Shown in pieces: positions 1 through 9,894 of a stretch of 32,000 nt of DNA. Made by a program: the position numbers and the translations under genes. Position 1 is the first letter of the stretch. Each line of letters opens with the position of its first letter. The notes under the pieces are model-generated. The model saw only the letters and a list, made by a program, of their open reading frames with translations. It searched no databases and had not been told where the DNA came from. Source of the stretch: Candidatus Electrothrix sp. GW3-4 (GTDB lineage Bacteria > Desulfobacterota > Desulfobulbia > Desulfobulbales > Desulfobulbaceae); assembly GCF_037902255.1 (NCBI RefSeq), contig NZ_CP147990.1, positions 870,001 to 902,000 on the forward strand, given 5' to 3'.

Positions 1-782
1 AGATATATCAAAGTGACTTTTTTCAGAGGTGCCAGGGCAAGAGTAAGGGATTCTCCGTATTCAATGTTGAGTTGGAGCCCTTGTAATGCTTGAGGGAGGT
101 TGAGCTGGTTATGAACAGAGTAAAAAGTATGTTCGCTTTTTACACCTACCTGGATGAGTGGATCAGCCCCCTGATGAAGGCTGAGGAAGGAGTGGGCAGG
201 AGGAGCATGGTCTTTGCTCACGACTGTGGAAAATATTTTGGATAAAGAGATTTCCATAGCCAGGATCCCTTCAGCCATTCCGGTGGCTCCATAAAAAACC
301 GGATACGCTAAGAGCAGATTGGTGCTTTCGTCATGTTTAATTATTTCAGCATAGGAACGTTCTTTGCTAATAGTCGTCGAGATAAGTTCTTTATAGGAAG
401 GGTAATCTGTCCTTGATTGTTGATTAAAAGCTATGGTTTTTCCTTCGAAATCCAGAAGAGTAAGGTGGGCATGGGTTTCCAGAGGAGCTTTATATCCCTT
501 GAGAAAAGGACCGATATAGAAGTCCCTGCCCACTGAGTCGATAAGGGCATTCACGACCAACAGGTTTTTTGACATACTTTCAATGTCATGATTGAGAGTG
601 ACAAGAAAAGATTCAAGAGATACTTGATAAGAGTTGGTTTCTTGATGAATCTTCCTTGATGCCTGCTCAACAAGATTACTTTTGATGTACCAGAAGCTCG
701 CTAGCCCAAAGGTGAATGAAAAAGCGAGGGTAATAATCGCAGTTGAGACAGTTATCTTTTGGGATAAGCTTTCTAGCCGCAT
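1..782 (-). CDS. Membrane sensor protein, N-terminal part (TM helix plus periplasmic Cache-like ligand-binding region). The CDS runs off the left edge of the window.
   Basis: My own reverse-strand translation from ATG at 782-780 is open to position 1: MRLESLSQKITVSTAIITLAFSFTFGLASFWYIKSNLVEQ...GPFLKGYKAPLETHAHLTLLDFEGKTIAF...LLLAYPVFYGATGMAEGILAMEISL. One hydrophobic helix is followed by a pattern typical of extracytoplasmic sensor domains of kinases or cyclases. It starts 7 nt after the stop of the solute-binding protein gene. No competing ORF is listed in 1-789. Confidence 0.55.
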   Translation of the reverse strand, partial: MRLESLSQKITVSTAIITLAFSFTFGLASFWYIKSNLVEQASRKIHQETNSYQVSLESFLVTLNHDIESMSKNLLVVNALIDSVGRDFYIGPFLKGYKAPLETHAHLTLLDFEGKTIAFNQQSRTDYPSYKELISTTISKERSYAEIIKHDESTNLLLAYPVFYGATGMAEGILAMEISLSKIFSTVVSKDHAPPAHSFLSLHQGADPLIQVGVKSEHTFYSVHNQLNLPQALQGLQLNIEYGESLTLALAPLKKVTLIY

Positions 783-789
783 AGGTGAG

Positions 790-1998
790 TTACCTGATCC
801 TCAAAATCGTTCCATCTTTTAACCTGAAACGTCCCATGAACAGATTCTCCGGCAAAAGTGCGGTGTGGTTTTCCTTGGTAAAAGGAGGATGGTAATATTT
901 TATGAGTCCGTCGTATGCCTCAATGTCCTCCAGGGCTTTGCGGATTTCAGGTCTGTTCGTTGAGCCAGCCTTATTGATAGCCAGGGCCAAGATGTGGGTT
1001 GCGTCATAGGCATGGGCGATCCCCACCGGGGCAGGGATATCTTCCGGTCCTTTGATATTGAAGAGTCTTCCGGCAGTGGTATAAAATTTTTTCAGTTTTT
1101 CTGGCCGATCTTCGTCAAAAAAACTATAGGTTTGGACCACGGAAAAATCTATCTTGTCAATAGCCTCTCCCGTCATCTTGGTAAATTGGCCGCCACTCAC
1201 GCCCCAATGACTTACGACCGGCAAGCGCTGTTCCTTTGGTAGCGATGCTATCTCTTTGACCAAAATTGAACCTTCTGCTTCGTTAGCGACCAAGAGTATA
1301 GATTCAGCTCCCGACGCCCTGGCCGTTATATATTTATCCAACAAACTTTTGTCGCCCCAGTTATACCAGAGGGTGCTGGTGACAGAGGTTTCTGGGTGAG
1401 CCGCCAGATATTTCTGAATGGCCTTCTGATTACTGCGGCCCCAACCGGTAACCGGCAGAAGAACGCCAAGTTTGTTTAGCCCTTTCTTTCGGGCATAATC
1501 AATCATGGTTTTTATAGCCCAACTATCTTTTAAGGAAACCCGGAAACAGTAATTGGGGGCATAGTCATGGTCGGTGATGATATCTGCTGCTCCCCACACA
1601 TCCATTAAGATCATTTTTTTCTCATGAAGAATGTCAAGTTCTTCAATCATTACTGGGGAAAATTTACCACCGAATACGGCGACCAAATCCTCGATCTCCG
1701 AGAACTCTTTGATGTTTTTTATCCCCCTGGCAGGGACTGAACGGTTATCCTTGACAAGAAGCTCAAGGTTTCTGCCACCGAGAACGCCTCCAGCCCTGTT
1801 GATTTCATCAAGAGCCGTGAGGATACCGATCCTGATTGCTTCATCAGAGGTACTGGTTACATGCCCTTCCTCGGCATCGAAACCGATATAGACCGGTGAG
1901 GTATCTTGACTTTCGTTTGCTATGGCGCTGGCGCTCATCTTGAAGCTTATGAAGATAAGGAAAGGCAACAGTAAATAAACATGAGAGGATTTTTTCAT
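790..1998 (-). CDS. Periplasmic solute-binding protein, type 1 PBP (Leu/Ile/Val-binding, ABC-transporter-like), probably a partner of the downstream sensor
   Basis: 402-aa ORF with an N-terminal signal peptide (MKKSSHVYLLLPFLIFISFKMSASA). Motifs typical of the LivK/amide-binding family: PVYIGFDAEEGH, AVFGGKFSP, VVSHWG. Confidence 0.75.
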   Translation of the reverse strand: MKKSSHVYLLLPFLIFISFKMSASAIANESQDTSPVYIGFDAEEGHVTSTSDEAIRIGILTALDEINRAGGVLGGRNLELLVKDNRSVPARGIKNIKEFSEIEDLVAVFGGKFSPVMIEELDILHEKKMILMDVWGAADIITDHDYAPNYCFRVSLKDSWAIKTMIDYARKKGLNKLGVLLPVTGWGRSNQKAIQKYLAAHPETSVTSTLWYNWGDKSLLDKYITARASGAESILLVANEAEGSILVKEIASLPKEQRLPVVSHWGVSGGQFTKMTGEAIDKIDFSVVQTYSFFDEDRPEKLKKFYTTAGRLFNIKGPEDIPAPVGIAHAYDATHILALAINKAGSTNRPEIRKALEDIEAYDGLIKYYHPPFTKENHTALLPENLFMGRFRLKDGTILRIR

Positions 1999-2105
1999 AA
2001 TGATTTTAACTTGTTAGTCGTAAGTATTTATGTGGGGGAAATGCCTGCGAGCCTTGAGCTTTGGAAGTCAGCCTGTTGCATGTTGCCGACCAATAACGAC
2101 CATTG

Positions 2106-2127
2106 TGAACACTTCTTTTAGTGTTCA
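2106..2127. promoter_or_regulatory. Perfect inverted repeat TGAACACT-N6-AGTGTTCA (candidate operator)
   Basis: Read directly: TGAACACT at 2106-2113, tctttt, AGTGTTCA at 2120-2127. It lies about 110-130 nt upstream of the solute-binding protein start, in a 585-bp divergent intergenic region. Confidence 0.3.
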
Positions 2128-2583
2128 TATATGATCAGTCATTGCAGAAGTCTGTTGCTTTCATTTTCGTGTCGCCCCGTTTTCATCTTTCAGACGCGAA
2201 TTCGTTTGCGTCGGGTTGCTCCGCGTTTATTCGGGGGATGATTGTAGAGGCCCGGCATGGGCGTAAATTTATAGGGTTGAGCTTATGAGGTTTAAGTCCC
2301 CTGAAAGTGTTCCTCTGCTAAGCAACTATCTTAGCATTAATTACGAGCTGAAGGCAAGGGCGTCGTCGTGAAGCGGGATCTGAAGCAATTCATTGGGGGC
2401 ACAAATAATTTTTAACTCTTGTGGAGGCTCTCTTTCGTTTTGGCAAGACAGAAGACGGCTTCTTTGACGCATTATACGACGTCTGTTGCAGGATAGTTGC
2501 GGAATTTTGAATGGTGGAAGATAATGGGGAGGTATTACACAATCTATCTCCATTCTCATACGAATTCAGGCAGTCATCATACC

Positions 2584-3363
2584 ATGATAAAAAAAAATTA
2601 TTACACCATCAGCAGAGTTATCAGCCTGCTCCTCTTTTTTCCAAACTTGCTTCTGGCAGAAGATTTTCTTCTTTATGATGCAACCGTTGGTCAGCTTCCC
2701 TCTGAACAACCCTGGTTGACCTACTTTACCGATGGAACAGCTGAGCAACAGGTTATGACTGATGGGGTCTGGTTACAGACGAGTTTTACGAACCGTGCTG
2801 GCTATAGCAATTATAATGTTGTAACGCAAGCACTGAAAAATGCCCTTTATCCATCGCTGGACAAAGGTAGAGGTGTTGTCCTGCAATTTGGCCTGCAACT
2901 CTCTTCTGAAAATCATGATACAGCTGATAGGGCTGGATTCTCCGTTATCCTGCTCGATAGCAATCACCAGGGCGTGGAGCTTGGCTTCTGGGCGAATGAG
3001 ATATGGGCGCAAACAGATAATCCACTCTTTACCCACGGAGAATCTGTTGATTTTGTGACCACAGGGGGGATGAAATCCTATCTTCTCTGCTTAACCACTG
3101 ACAACTATGTTCTCTATGAGGGGAATAAACAGATACTAACCGGCCCGATCAGGGATTATTCCAGCTTTAGTGGCTATCCTGATCCTTATGAGATTCCCAG
3201 CTTCCTTTTTTTGGGAGATAATACCACCAGTGCGGGAGCGGAGATAGTCTTGGGGAGCGTGCTGCTGCAAAGCGATACGCAGCTGAACCTTGCCTTTCCC
3301 TGGTCTCTTTTTTTGCCTTCTTTTACAGCTGGTATCCAACAGGGAAATGGTTCAACGCGGTGA
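2584..3363 (+). CDS. Secreted hypothetical protein (probable beta-rich or lectin-like fold)
   Basis: In-frame Met at 2584 gives a classical signal peptide, MIKKNYYTISRVISLLLFFPNLLLA/EDF. The 29 codons upstream in the listed ORF (from 2497) look non-coding. I recognised no family. Confidence 0.55.
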   Translation: MIKKNYYTISRVISLLLFFPNLLLAEDFLLYDATVGQLPSEQPWLTYFTDGTAEQQVMTDGVWLQTSFTNRAGYSNYNVVTQALKNALYPSLDKGRGVVLQFGLQLSSENHDTADRAGFSVILLDSNHQGVELGFWANEIWAQTDNPLFTHGESVDFVTTGGMKSYLLCLTTDNYVLYEGNKQILTGPIRDYSSFSGYPDPYEIPSFLFLGDNTTSAGAEIVLGSVLLQSDTQLNLAFPWSLFLPSFTAGIQQGNGSTR

Positions 3364-3422
3364 GAAAATAGGGGGAAAGATTCTTGTTGGGCAAAAACGA
3401 AAAGCAAGCGAAGGAGGGATTG

Positions 3423-4130
3423 ATGAGTACAAGCAGCAACATTCTGATAACAGGCGGCAATAAGGGGATTGGCCTGGCCGCAACAGAGAAGTTTATTGAT
3501 GCCGGTCATACAGTCTATGTCCTGGCCCGGGATTTTGCGGAGTTCCCGCTCAAGGATCATCCCCAGGTCGAGATGATTGCATATGACCTGAGCGATATTG
3601 CCGGTATTCCCGCGCTGGTTGCCCGGCTTCCAGCGATGGATATCCTCTTGAATAATGCCGGGGTGATGTATGCCCTGCCGTATCAGCAATATCCCCAGGA
3701 GAGGATCGATCAGATCCTCAGGATTAATCTTCAGGCACCAGCTGCCTTGATCAGCGAATTAGCTGGGGCAATGATTGCCAAGGGCTGTGGCCGGATCGTC
3801 AATAATGCCTCCATCGCTGGCGAGATCGGCCACCCTGATATCTGGTACGGCATGACCAAGGCCGGACTCATCAATATGACCAAGAGCTTTGCCAAGCTCC
3901 TTGGCCCGCAGGGGATAGTGGTTAATGCGGTGGCTGCCGGTCCCGTTGCAACGGATATGCTGGCTATCATTCCAGAATCGAGAAAGAAGGCAATCAAAGA
4001 GGTCGTGTATACGGGCAGGTTTGCCTATCCCGAAGAGGTGGCAGAGGCCATGTTTTGGCTGGCTACGGATTGTCCAGAGTATATCAATGGGACCTGTATT
4101 GATATCAATAACGGGGCCTTTCCGAGGTAG
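3423..4130 (+). CDS. Short-chain dehydrogenase/reductase (SDR) family oxidoreductase, FabG-like
   Basis: TGGNKGIG cofactor motif, NNAG, and the catalytic YGMTK (YxxxK). Start chosen at ATG 3423, preceded by AAGGAGGG 5 nt upstream. Confidence 0.85.
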   Translation: MSTSSNILITGGNKGIGLAATEKFIDAGHTVYVLARDFAEFPLKDHPQVEMIAYDLSDIAGIPALVARLPAMDILLNNAGVMYALPYQQYPQERIDQILRINLQAPAALISELAGAMIAKGCGRIVNNASIAGEIGHPDIWYGMTKAGLINMTKSFAKLLGPQGIVVNAVAAGPVATDMLAIIPESRKKAIKEVVYTGRFAYPEEVAEAMFWLATDCPEYINGTCIDINNGAFPR

Positions 4131-4169
4131 TTTTTAAGGTCAGCCCGAACTGATGGCCTGCGTTCTTCT

Positions 4170-5237
4170 CTAATCTTCCTCCTCCGCATCCGGCAGCGGA
4201 AAGAGGTTTTTATTGATGGCCTTTTCCCGGGCCGCAGCCACTGTGATTTTATCCGCGTCAATCAGCTGTTGGAGATGCTGATCCATGGTCTGCATGCCCT
4301 GAGACGTGCCGGTCTGGATCATAGACTCAATCTGGTTGATCTTGCCCTCCCGGATGATACTGGCCAGGGCATTGGAACCGATCAGGATCTCCAGGGCGGC
4401 GCAGCGTCCCTTGCCGTCCTTGGTCTTGAGCAGCTGCTGGGCAATAACCCCTTTGAGGGAATCTGCCAGCATGGTTCGGGTCTGGGCCTGCTCATCCGCT
4501 GGAAAGGCGTTGATGATGCGGTCAATGGTCTTGGCAGCACTGTTGGTGTGCAGGGTGCCAAAGACCAAGATACCCAGCTCCGCACAGGTCAGGGCCAGGG
4601 AGATGGTTTCCAGGTCACGCATCTCGCCGACCAGGATGATGTCCGGGTCCTCCCGGTTGGCCACGGATAAGGCCTTGGCAAAGCTGAGGGCATGGCTGCC
4701 GATCTCCCGCTGGGAAAAAATGCATTGCTTATTGGGATGGACAAATTCCAACGGATCTTCAATAGTGATGATATGCTTGGCATGCTTATCATTAATCAGG
4801 TCAATGATCGCTGCCATGGTGGTTGACTTACCGCTCCCGGTTGGGCCGGTGACCAGGACCATGCCGCGTTGGTAATCGGCAAAGCTCTGGACCACGTCCG
4901 GCAGGTTAAGCTGATCCACGGTCAGGATCTTGGCCGGGATAATCCGGAACACCGCTCCGATGCCCCGTTGTTGATAAAAGAAATTACAACGAAAACGACC
5001 TATTCCCTCCAGGGCATAGGCCTTATCAAAATCCCTGTGTTCCTTGATGGTAGCCTGCTGGTCTGTGTCCAGGATTTCAAAGAGGATTTTTTCGTTACTC
5101 TCCGGCGTCAGCACTGGTTCCTCCAGGGGGACGAGCTCACCCCGCAGGCGCAACATGGGCGGAAAACCGATCACCATGTGCAGGTCACTGGCCCCCCGCT
5201 CCTTCATTTCGGTGAAGTATGCATCAATTATTGCCAT
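4170..5237 (-). CDS. pilT: Type IV pilus retraction ATPase PilT family
   Basis: 355 aa. Walker A GPTGSGKSTT, Walker B ILVGEMRD, His-box region ELGILVFGTLHTNSAAKTIDR, and the typical PilT N-terminus (ASDLHM). Confidence 0.9.
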   Translation of the reverse strand: MAIIDAYFTEMKERGASDLHMVIGFPPMLRLRGELVPLEEPVLTPESNEKILFEILDTDQQATIKEHRDFDKAYALEGIGRFRCNFFYQQRGIGAVFRIIPAKILTVDQLNLPDVVQSFADYQRGMVLVTGPTGSGKSTTMAAIIDLINDKHAKHIITIEDPLEFVHPNKQCIFSQREIGSHALSFAKALSVANREDPDIILVGEMRDLETISLALTCAELGILVFGTLHTNSAAKTIDRIINAFPADEQAQTRTMLADSLKGVIAQQLLKTKDGKGRCAALEILIGSNALASIIREGKINQIESMIQTGTSQGMQTMDQHLQQLIDADKITVAAAREKAINKNLFPLPDAEEED

Positions 5238-5270
5238 ATCCTTTCTCAGTTCTTTGCAGTTGCACTCGTC

Positions 5271-6326
5271 TTAGGCCGTAAAGGGCTTGAGCAGTTCCTT
5301 CTTATCCACATTGGCCTGTGCTGTTTCCAGGCTGATCTTGTCGTCTTTCAATAACTCAATCACGGAATCGTCCATCAGCTTCATGCCCAATTTGGTCCCC
5401 ATTTGCATGGTGGAACGGATCTGAAAGGTCTTATTATCCTTGATCAGGTTGGCGATGGAGAGATTGCCGATCATGACCTCGGCAGCCAGGTGCATCTTGG
5501 AGCCGTCCTTGGCAGGCAGGAGCCGCTGGGTGAATACTGCTTTCAGGGATTCGCTGAGCATGGCCCGGATCTGATTCTGCTCGCCCGGAGGGTAAGAATC
5601 AATAATACGGTCCACGGTCTTTGGGGCACTGGAGGTGGACAGAGTGCCGATGACCAGATGGCCGGTCTCCGAGGCAGAGATGGCCAGAGAAATAGTATCC
5701 AGGTCCCGGAGTTCACCGATGACGATGACATCCGGGTCCTGCCGCAGGGCCCCTTTGAGGGCATTGGCATAGGAAAGGGTGTCCTGGCCCAGTTGACGCT
5801 GATTGATCGCCCCTTTTTTCAGGGGATGGATGAACTCAATGGGATCTTCGACGGTTAGGACATGGTGGGCATGATGGATGTTGATGTAATCCACCATAGC
5901 CGCCAGGGTGGTGGTCTTGCCGTGACCGGTGGCCCCGGTGATCAGGACGATGCCCTGGTGGTTTTCCAGGATCTTGTACATTACATCCGGGATGCCCAGC
6001 TGTTCAAAGGAAGGGATCTCGCCAGGGATTGCCCGAAAGATGCAGCTCATGCCGTTATTATGGAACATGGCACTGCCCCTGAATCGGCCGAGTCCTTTGA
6101 CCTGATAGGCAAAGTCCAACTGCATTTCTTTGCCCAGGATTTTTCGTTGCTCCGGGGTGAGGATTTCCAAGATAACCTTTCTGCAATTATCCGCTGTCAG
6201 GGCTTGGCTTTTCAGCCGGATCATCGTGCCGAGACGGCGGACCATAAATGGTTCACCAGGCAGGACATGGATATCCGACGCCTTGAGATCCATTGCCGCT
6301 TTAAAGACCTTATCCAGTATGGCCAT
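5271..6326 (-). CDS. PilT/PilU-family ATPase paralog
   Basis: Start reassigned to Met91 of the listed ORF (MAILDKVFKAAMDLKASDIHV), with GGAGA upstream. Walker A GATGHGKTT, Walker B VIVIGELRD, His-box region ETGHLVIGTLSTSSAPKTVDR. Confidence 0.85.
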   Translation of the reverse strand: MAILDKVFKAAMDLKASDIHVLPGEPFMVRRLGTMIRLKSQALTADNCRKVILEILTPEQRKILGKEMQLDFAYQVKGLGRFRGSAMFHNNGMSCIFRAIPGEIPSFEQLGIPDVMYKILENHQGIVLITGATGHGKTTTLAAMVDYINIHHAHHVLTVEDPIEFIHPLKKGAINQRQLGQDTLSYANALKGALRQDPDVIVIGELRDLDTISLAISASETGHLVIGTLSTSSAPKTVDRIIDSYPPGEQNQIRAMLSESLKAVFTQRLLPAKDGSKMHLAAEVMIGNLSIANLIKDNKTFQIRSTMQMGTKLGMKLMDDSVIELLKDDKISLETAQANVDKKELLKPFTA

Positions 6327-6656
6327 AGGAGTTCTCCATAGAAGAATCAATAGTGTGAAAACTATACTACGATTTTTTTTAAAAAGAAAGAAAACAGTCC
6401 CCTGTTGCCAGCTTGGTCTGTGGGGAAGGCCGGATGAGAGAAAATCAATCTGGTGAGCATAAGCTTCTTGGCCCTCCGCTTCAAGGGGAAAACAGCAGGG
6501 GCTGCTTGCCCTTGCCTCTTGACCGAAAGGGCGGAAGCGAATAGAGTTGCGGGGACTTCCACGGGAGTGTCCTGTGCTCAGATAAACGCAGGCCAAGGAT
6601 GCCGGGTCGGGCCGGGATATTCAATAACGACAAGAAGAACGAGAGGAAAAACATCA

Positions 6657-6995
6657 ATGACAGCAGAAAAAATAAGAGATCCAGAACAGGGCGAGCGGGC
6701 AATGATCGAAGGCATTATTGAAGGGAGTCCCGATGCTGTGGGCGTGGCTGTTATCCGCCTGGACTGCGGGTGCCGCAAGATGGCAGCAGTGAGCATTAGC
6801 GGAGAACCTGCCAGTAAAATCATCATGTATCGCGATCAGGCAGAATCCATCTGCGAGCAATGTAAAAAGGATAATGGTGATTTTATGCGGGTGGTAGAGC
6901 AGTTTATCAGCTGGAAAGAGCCTGGGCCAGCAGAGGAAGTGAAAAAAGAGATCTGGGCCAAGGTGCTGGGTACTGCGGAAGAACGGTCGAATTAA
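6657..6995 (+). CDS. Small hypothetical protein with four Cys (CGC...CEQC), possible Zn-binding
   Basis: In-frame ATG at 6657 is preceded by GAGAGG. The 112-aa product is MTAEKIRDPEQGERAMIEG...CGCRKMAAV...ICEQCKKDNG. No family recognised. Confidence 0.45.
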   Translation: MTAEKIRDPEQGERAMIEGIIEGSPDAVGVAVIRLDCGCRKMAAVSISGEPASKIIMYRDQAESICEQCKKDNGDFMRVVEQFISWKEPGPAEEVKKEIWAKVLGTAEERSN

Positions 6996-7081
6996 TCGGT
7001 TGGGTAACCCGGTAGTTCCGTAGGTCTTGATTGAGTGCAACGAAATGAGACAATCTAAAAAATGACCTATCCGTTGTCATT

Positions 7082-8425
7082 TTACTCAAGCGGGCCTACC
7101 CGGCTACCCGGCTGGGCAGCCTCCTTTGCCGTTTTTTCTTCCGCACTGTCCCAGAGTAGGCGCGGATCAAAACTGAGAGCAGCAAACATGGTGCAGAGGA
7201 CAACCGCGCTGAAATACAGGGCTGCTGGCGCGGTATCCACGGAAGAGAGGCTGCCGAATCGTACTAAGGAGCAGAGCAGGGCAATGACAAAGATGTCCAG
7301 CATGGACCAGCGCCCGATAAACTGGATAAAACGAAACATCAAGGCCTTGTGGCGAAGCCAGCTCGTCCGTCGGTTATGGATGGAGACCAGGATCAGGGCC
7401 ATGCCGGTAATTTTGAACAGGGGCACCAGCACCGAGGCGGTCAGGATAATTAGGCCGATCCCATAGGAGCCGCCCTGAAAGAAAAGGATGATCCCATCAA
7501 TAATGGTGCTCTTGCTGACGTTGCCTAAGGAGGAGACCGACATAATAGGGAGCAGGTTGGCGGGTAGGGTGAGGAGCAGGGCTGTGACGATCAGGGCCCA
7601 GGAACGATCAATACTGTTCTCTTTGCGGATATAGAGGGGCTCGCCGCAGCGAGGGCAGCTTATCGCCCCTTGTTGATCCGGGGAAGGTAGCGGTGTGATC
7701 TTATGACAGGTCGGGCAGAGCAGGAGGCCTGCCTCTCTGCCGGTTCGCGCCTTTGTGGCCACTGGTGTCTTGGGGTGCTCACTGGCCTTGCTCCGATCCA
7801 GTCTGTCCCAGAACAGGCTTTGGTCAATGGAGGCCTGGGCAGCCACGGTTGTTGCCACCAGACCTATAAAACAAAAAAGGCCTAGATGATAGCCTATGGT
7901 GGCGCTATGGTTCATCTTGATGATGGTAATGAAGACCCCGATCAGATAGACATCTGTCATGGCCCACTCGCTCAGGTGATGATACCAGTGCAGAAAAATA
8001 ATCATCCAGCGTTGCCGCCAGCCGAGAAAGAGGCCAGCTGAGACCCCAAAGAGCAGGGACAGGGTCATGAAGGGGCAGATCAGGCCGGTCATGACCACCA
8101 GAATACCGACAAGATACTCCCCCTGGTCAAACATACTCAAGGTGCTTTGAAACAAGGAGCTGTTTGTTGCTGTTCCCAGGATATTAAAGGTCAGCAGAGC
8201 GGCAAAATTTGCTGGCAGGTAGAGCAGGAGCCCGGTGAGGGAGAGTACTAGGGTTCTGCGGATGGAATCCGGCCGTTTCCTATGCAGGCGGCGCAGGCAG
8301 CGGGGGCAGACCGGCGTATGGGTGGACGATGGCTGGATTTCTTCCAAGAGCAGGTCACAGCCCGGACAGATGCTGAATTGCCCTGTTAAGCGAGCAGGAG
8401 AGGGGGTTTTCTTTTGGATCATCAT
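7082..8425 (-). CDS. pqiA: Paraquat-inducible protein A (PqiA) family membrane protein, two PqiA repeats
   Basis: Two halves each begin with a CxxC...CxxC pair (CPGCDLLL...CPRCLRRL and CPTCHKITP...CPRCGEPL) followed by multiple TM helices. Start at the MM pair 8425/8422, 11 nt after the trkH stop. Confidence 0.75.
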   Translation of the reverse strand: MMIQKKTPSPARLTGQFSICPGCDLLLEEIQPSSTHTPVCPRCLRRLHRKRPDSIRRTLVLSLTGLLLYLPANFAALLTFNILGTATNSSLFQSTLSMFDQGEYLVGILVVMTGLICPFMTLSLLFGVSAGLFLGWRQRWMIIFLHWYHHLSEWAMTDVYLIGVFITIIKMNHSATIGYHLGLFCFIGLVATTVAAQASIDQSLFWDRLDRSKASEHPKTPVATKARTGREAGLLLCPTCHKITPLPSPDQQGAISCPRCGEPLYIRKENSIDRSWALIVTALLLTLPANLLPIMSVSSLGNVSKSTIIDGIILFFQGGSYGIGLIILTASVLVPLFKITGMALILVSIHNRRTSWLRHKALMFRFIQFIGRWSMLDIFVIALLCSLVRFGSLSSVDTAPAALYFSAVVLCTMFAALSFDPRLLWDSAEEKTAKEAAQPGSRVGPLE

Positions 8426-8436
8426 GGAGTAAGGTT

Positions 8437-9894
8437 TTATCTCTTCCAAAAGGAAGGATAAAAGATCACCAAAGCGGAAAAGAGCTCTAAACGTCCCACC
8501 ATCATGTTCCAGGCCAGGAACCATTTGCCCATCGTAGAGATAGAATAGAAATTCTCTGTCGGCCCGATTTCGCCAAAGCCAGGACCGATGGTCATCAGGG
8601 CAGAGATGACCGAGCTCATGGCCGTGCCATAATCCATATCATCCACCAGGGTCATAAAACAAGCGCCGATAAAGATGATAAAGATATTGACGATAAAATA
8701 ACAGATCGCCATATTGATCATGGAGACGTCAATCTGTCGGCCGTTCAGTCGCACCGAGACAATGGACATGGGCTGAAAAAAAGACTTCCTCACCGTGCCC
8801 CAGATAAATTTGCAGACAATGACGTAGTGGACGATCTTGATCCCGCTGGCGGTTGAGCCAGCACAGCCGCCGATCAGGCAGGAGACATAGAGAAACATCT
8901 GGGCAGCCTGGGGCCATTGTTCATAATCAGCAGTACCGAAACCGGTGGTGGTGAGCAGGGACATAACCTGGAAGGTGCCATAACGAATGGAGTCCACGAT
9001 ACCGGAATAGGTCCCCTGCTGCCAGAGGATCAGAGAGACCACGACACAGAAAAAGACCACCAGGATCGTGTACCATTTAAACTCGGTATTGCGGGTGATC
9101 TCCTTGATGCCCCCGTAGACCATGTGATAGAGCAGGACAAAGCTGGTGCCGCCGAGAAACATGAAGACGATAATCACCCAATCAAAATAGGCGTTCTTGT
9201 AAAAACCGATGCTGGCGTTCTTGGGTGAATATCCCGAGGTGGAGAGGGTGCCAAAGGCGGTGCAGAGGGCATCAAAAAGCTCCATGCCGCCCCCTGCCAA
9301 CAGGATGACCTGAAGAAGGTTGAGCCCCAGATAGACGCTCCAGAGGCGAATCATGGTGTCCTTGGTGCGGGCAGCAAATTTTTCTCCGGTAAAGGACTGA
9401 CCCGGACTGGACTCGGCCCGAAACAGGCGTAATCCCCCCATGCCCTTGGGCAGGAAAAGGATGATCAGGGTGAGAAAGCCCATGCCGCCCAGGAGATGGG
9501 TCTCGCTTCGCCAGAGAAGGAGGCCGTGGGGCAGGGTCTCAATGTCGTTGAGGATGGTGGCGCCGGTGGTGGTATAGCCGGACATCATCTCAAAAAAGGC
9601 ATCGGTAAAGGAGGGGATGGAACCGTGGATCATGAAGGGCAGGCCCGATGCTGCTGAGACGATTATCCAGCCTGCAACCGCGATAACAATCCCATCCCGA
9701 ATATTCAACTCGGTCTGCTTCTTGGTACAAAGCCAACTGGGCAGACCCGTACCGACGGTGATCAGGGCGGCCAGGAGAATGGCGGTGAGATCGGATTCCC
9801 CATAGTAGAGCGAACAGAGCAGGGGAAGGAGCATGGAGCTGCCAGTCGCTGTGAGGAGCAGGCCGATGATATGGACAATGGAGAGAAAGTGCAT
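8437..9894 (-). CDS. trkH: TrkH/KtrB-family potassium uptake membrane protein
   Basis: 485-aa polytopic protein with TrkH-like segments: [41 protein letters not shown]. Confidence 0.85.
   Translation of the reverse strand: MHFLSIVHIIGLLLTATGSSMLLPLLCSLYYGESDLTAILLAALITVGTGLPSWLCTKKQTELNIRDGIVIAVAGWIIVSAASGLPFMIHGSIPSFTDAFFEMMSGYTTTGATILNDIETLPHGLLLWRSETHLLGGMGFLTLIILFLPKGMGGLRLFRAESSPGQSFTGEKFAARTKDTMIRLWSVYLGLNLLQVILLAGGGMELFDALCTAFGTLSTSGYSPKNASIGFYKNAYFDWVIIVFMFLGGTSFVLLYHMVYGGIKEITRNTEFKWYTILVVFFCVVVSLILWQQGTYSGIVDSIRYGTFQVMSLLTTTGFGTADYEQWPQAAQMFLYVSCLIGGCAGSTASGIKIVHYVIVCKFIWGTVRKSFFQPMSIVSVRLNGRQIDVSMINMAICYFIVNIFIIFIGACFMTLVDDMDYGTAMSSVISALMTIGPGFGEIGPTENFYSISTMGKWFLAWNMMVGRLELFSALVIFYPSFWKR

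Noticed and set aside
3186-3689. 167-aa minus-strand ORF bridging the secreted-protein and SDR genes
   Set aside because: It overlaps two better-supported + strand genes and has no recognisable motifs.
6327-6596. 90-codon N-terminal extension of the second PilT ORF
   Set aside because: The extension has no PilT similarity. The conserved N-terminus begins at Met91, which has a GGAGA ribosome-binding site.
7057-7084. AT-rich hairpin (AAAATGAC-loop-GTCATTTT) between the convergent small ORF and pqiA, considered as a bidirectional terminator
   Set aside because: The stem is short and AT-rich with a 9-nt loop, and it overlaps the pqiA stop codon. It is too weak to call.
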